Source: Octopus sinensis (Eukaryota). From it: a stretch of DNA of 64,000 bases. The notes below the pieces were generated by a model. That model ran no database searches. It was not told the DNA's origin and was given only the letters and a program-made list of their open reading frames with translations. A program made the position numbers and the translations under genes. Location: assembly GCF_006345805.1 (NCBI RefSeq), contig NC_043002.1, positions 4,154,001 through 4,218,000 of the forward strand, given 5' to 3'. How positions within the stretch are numbered: the first letter of the stretch is position 1; every line of letters starts with the position of its first letter. This document shows, piece by piece, positions 62,347 to 64,000 of this stretch.

Positions 62347-62762
62347 TGGCGGTAGCATCGCTCCAAACAATCAGTGTCGCGGTGTTTTAAGAAAAAACCA
62401 GAAATGCAAATAGCGATGAAAAGTGAAAAAGTTCAAAGATTTCTTCTCAAGACGCAAGGCAAAAAAATGGAGTCGAAAATGGTTTTTGAGATTGTAATAC
62501 AAGTCGGGAAGTGCATGAAGGCCATAAAGCAAATCGCGAAGAAGAAGAAGAAACATGTGAACTGAGACATAGAGTGGTAGAAAGTCGCAGAAAATTGATG
62601 TTAATACTATTATCACAGTGTTTGAGACAGAATCTAGATGGAATAGCTAGAACGTGGGTCGAAAAAGTATCAATGAAACGATTAGTTATTCAGGTCAAAA
62701 GCAAATTTCAAGCGAAAATAGAATAAGAATAAAAAAAAAAAAGATGCAGACCAGCCACCGGA

Positions 62763-62835
62763 TGCCGAAACCCGGGATTGAACCAGGGACCTTTAGATCT
62801 TCAGTCTAACGCTCTCCCAACTGAGCTATTTCGGC
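62763..62835 (-). tRNA. tRNA-Phe(GAA)
   Basis: Identical 73-mer; oligo-T terminator. Confidence 0.97.
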
Positions 62836-63290
62836 TGGTGACTGCTTTTATCTAAACTTTCTATGTCAATCGTATTGTGTCTCACAGTACATTCTTGCCA
62901 AAGACGTTTTGCTGTAGATAATGGCTTTTAACATCAGGCGACAAGCTGAGAGTACTTTAATCAATTAAACCCTACAGTTTCCAAGAGTACAACTGTATTC
63001 GTCTTTGCTTAGATGAAATGACAAAATTGTGGGTGTTAAGTCTCCATAGAGAAGTCTTTCTAACTTATAAGAAGATTAAATTTTATAAATATTACTTCAT
63101 TTGTGTCTAATATCTATGGTTAAAATTTCATCAACAGCAAAAATATATGAATTGTCATGGGGGTTGTGGCCCTTATGCATAGAATATAATTTCCAAATTT
63201 CATAAAGATCCATTCAGTACTTTTGACCTAGGTTTGGATCATAAAAGAAATGACTAAAATTTGGGAGTTAAGGCCCCCATTAGGGTGTTT

Positions 63291-63330
<40 letters not shown>

Positions 63331-63332
<2 letters not shown>

Positions 63333-63855
63333 AGTTAGTTAGTTAATTTGGCTTAAAAGCAAATAGCAAGGCCATGTAGGGGGACATGGAGTTAAGTACA
63401 GAGTGGTGTTCATGTAAAGAGTTCAGGCCACTTGAGGTCAAGGGAGGCTTTGAACAAAGCGGTCGTCGGCATTTTCACCATCTCGTCTGGCAGCTTGTTC
63501 CACGGATCCGCAACCCGGACGGAGAAAGCTCCTTTCCTTCGATTAAGATGAAATCGTCGCAGGTAGAGCTTTTCGGAATGACCCCGCAGCCGACGCTCTG
63601 GAGCAGGAGTGAAGAACAGCTCTTTCGAGAGGTTACACTTTCCGCTTATGATGTTGTGGGCGAGAATGAGATCACCACGGCGGCGGCGTTTTTCAAGAGA
63701 ATAAAGGTCGAGCGTCCTCAGCCTTTCTTCGTAGGACAAATTTTTGAGACCATGAACCATGCGGGTAGCCAGCTTCTGGACTCTTTCGAGATGCTGTATG
63801 TCTTTGAGGAGATAAGGAGAAGAGGCTTGAATCCCATACTCCAATATGGGGATGT
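63331..63855 (-). mobile_element. 5'-truncated CR1-clade LINE (ORF2 C-terminus)
   Basis: PILEYG..ASSPY..KDIQHLERVQKLATRM...YEERL..L.LYSLEKRRRRGDLI...WNKLP; (TAAC)n tail. Confidence 0.9.
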
Positions 63856-64000
63856 AAATAAACGAACACCAGTTGTGAAGCAGTGATGAGGAAGAAACAC
63901 AAAGACATACACATAGACTTACATATATACATACATATATATACAATTGATTTCTTTCAGTTTCTGTCTACAAAATCCACTGACAAGGCTTTGGTTAGTC

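Larger units (their letters stand above)
61126..62966. repeat. ~1.8-kb palindrome (arms ~61126-61958 and 62101-62966, ~142-bp spacer)
   Basis: Near-identical arms; the ORF track gives the same 71-aa peptide at 61366-61581 (-) and 62511-62726 (+). Confidence 0.92.

Noticed and set aside
61366-62726. Identical 71-aa and related ORFs on both strands
   Set aside because: By-product of the palindrome; no recognisable domain or splice context.
51041-62835. Reading the tRNA repeats or the 2-kb units as a CRISPR-like array
   Set aside because: Repeats are full tRNA genes or kb-scale duplications with homologous spacers in eukaryotic DNA; no cas genes.

Overview
AT-rich, microsatellite- and SINE-dense eukaryotic nuclear DNA, most likely an octopus (inferred from the SINE/LINE families; not verifiable here). 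One host protein gene is clear: the 60S acidic ribosomal protein P2 gene RPLP2 (minus strand, 3 coding exons, 112 aa, 26755-28039). Directly upstream on the same strand is an ~8 kb tandem array of four ~2 kb units plus a partial fifth. It carries 5 copies of a box H/ACA snoRNA candidate and 4 of a box C/D snoRNA candidate, with one more SINE-split C/D paralogue next to the array. A TCT/E-box promoter-like island at ~38.2 kb suggests the array lies in the 5' introns of RPLP2. The right quarter of the window is a tRNA-Phe(GAA) cluster: 8 identical genes, 2 defective copies and a ~1.8 kb palindrome, invaded by Merlin-type MITEs, a mariner and a TTAGGG-centred foldback element. The rest is transposon debris (Merlin, Tc1/mariner including one intact 349-aa ORF, Helitron, piggyBac-type MITEs, RTE and CR1 LINEs, tRNA-derived SINEs). 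Most short ORFs in the track are spurious. All calls are by eye, rRNA targets are from recalled metazoan consensus, and repeat boundaries are approximate.
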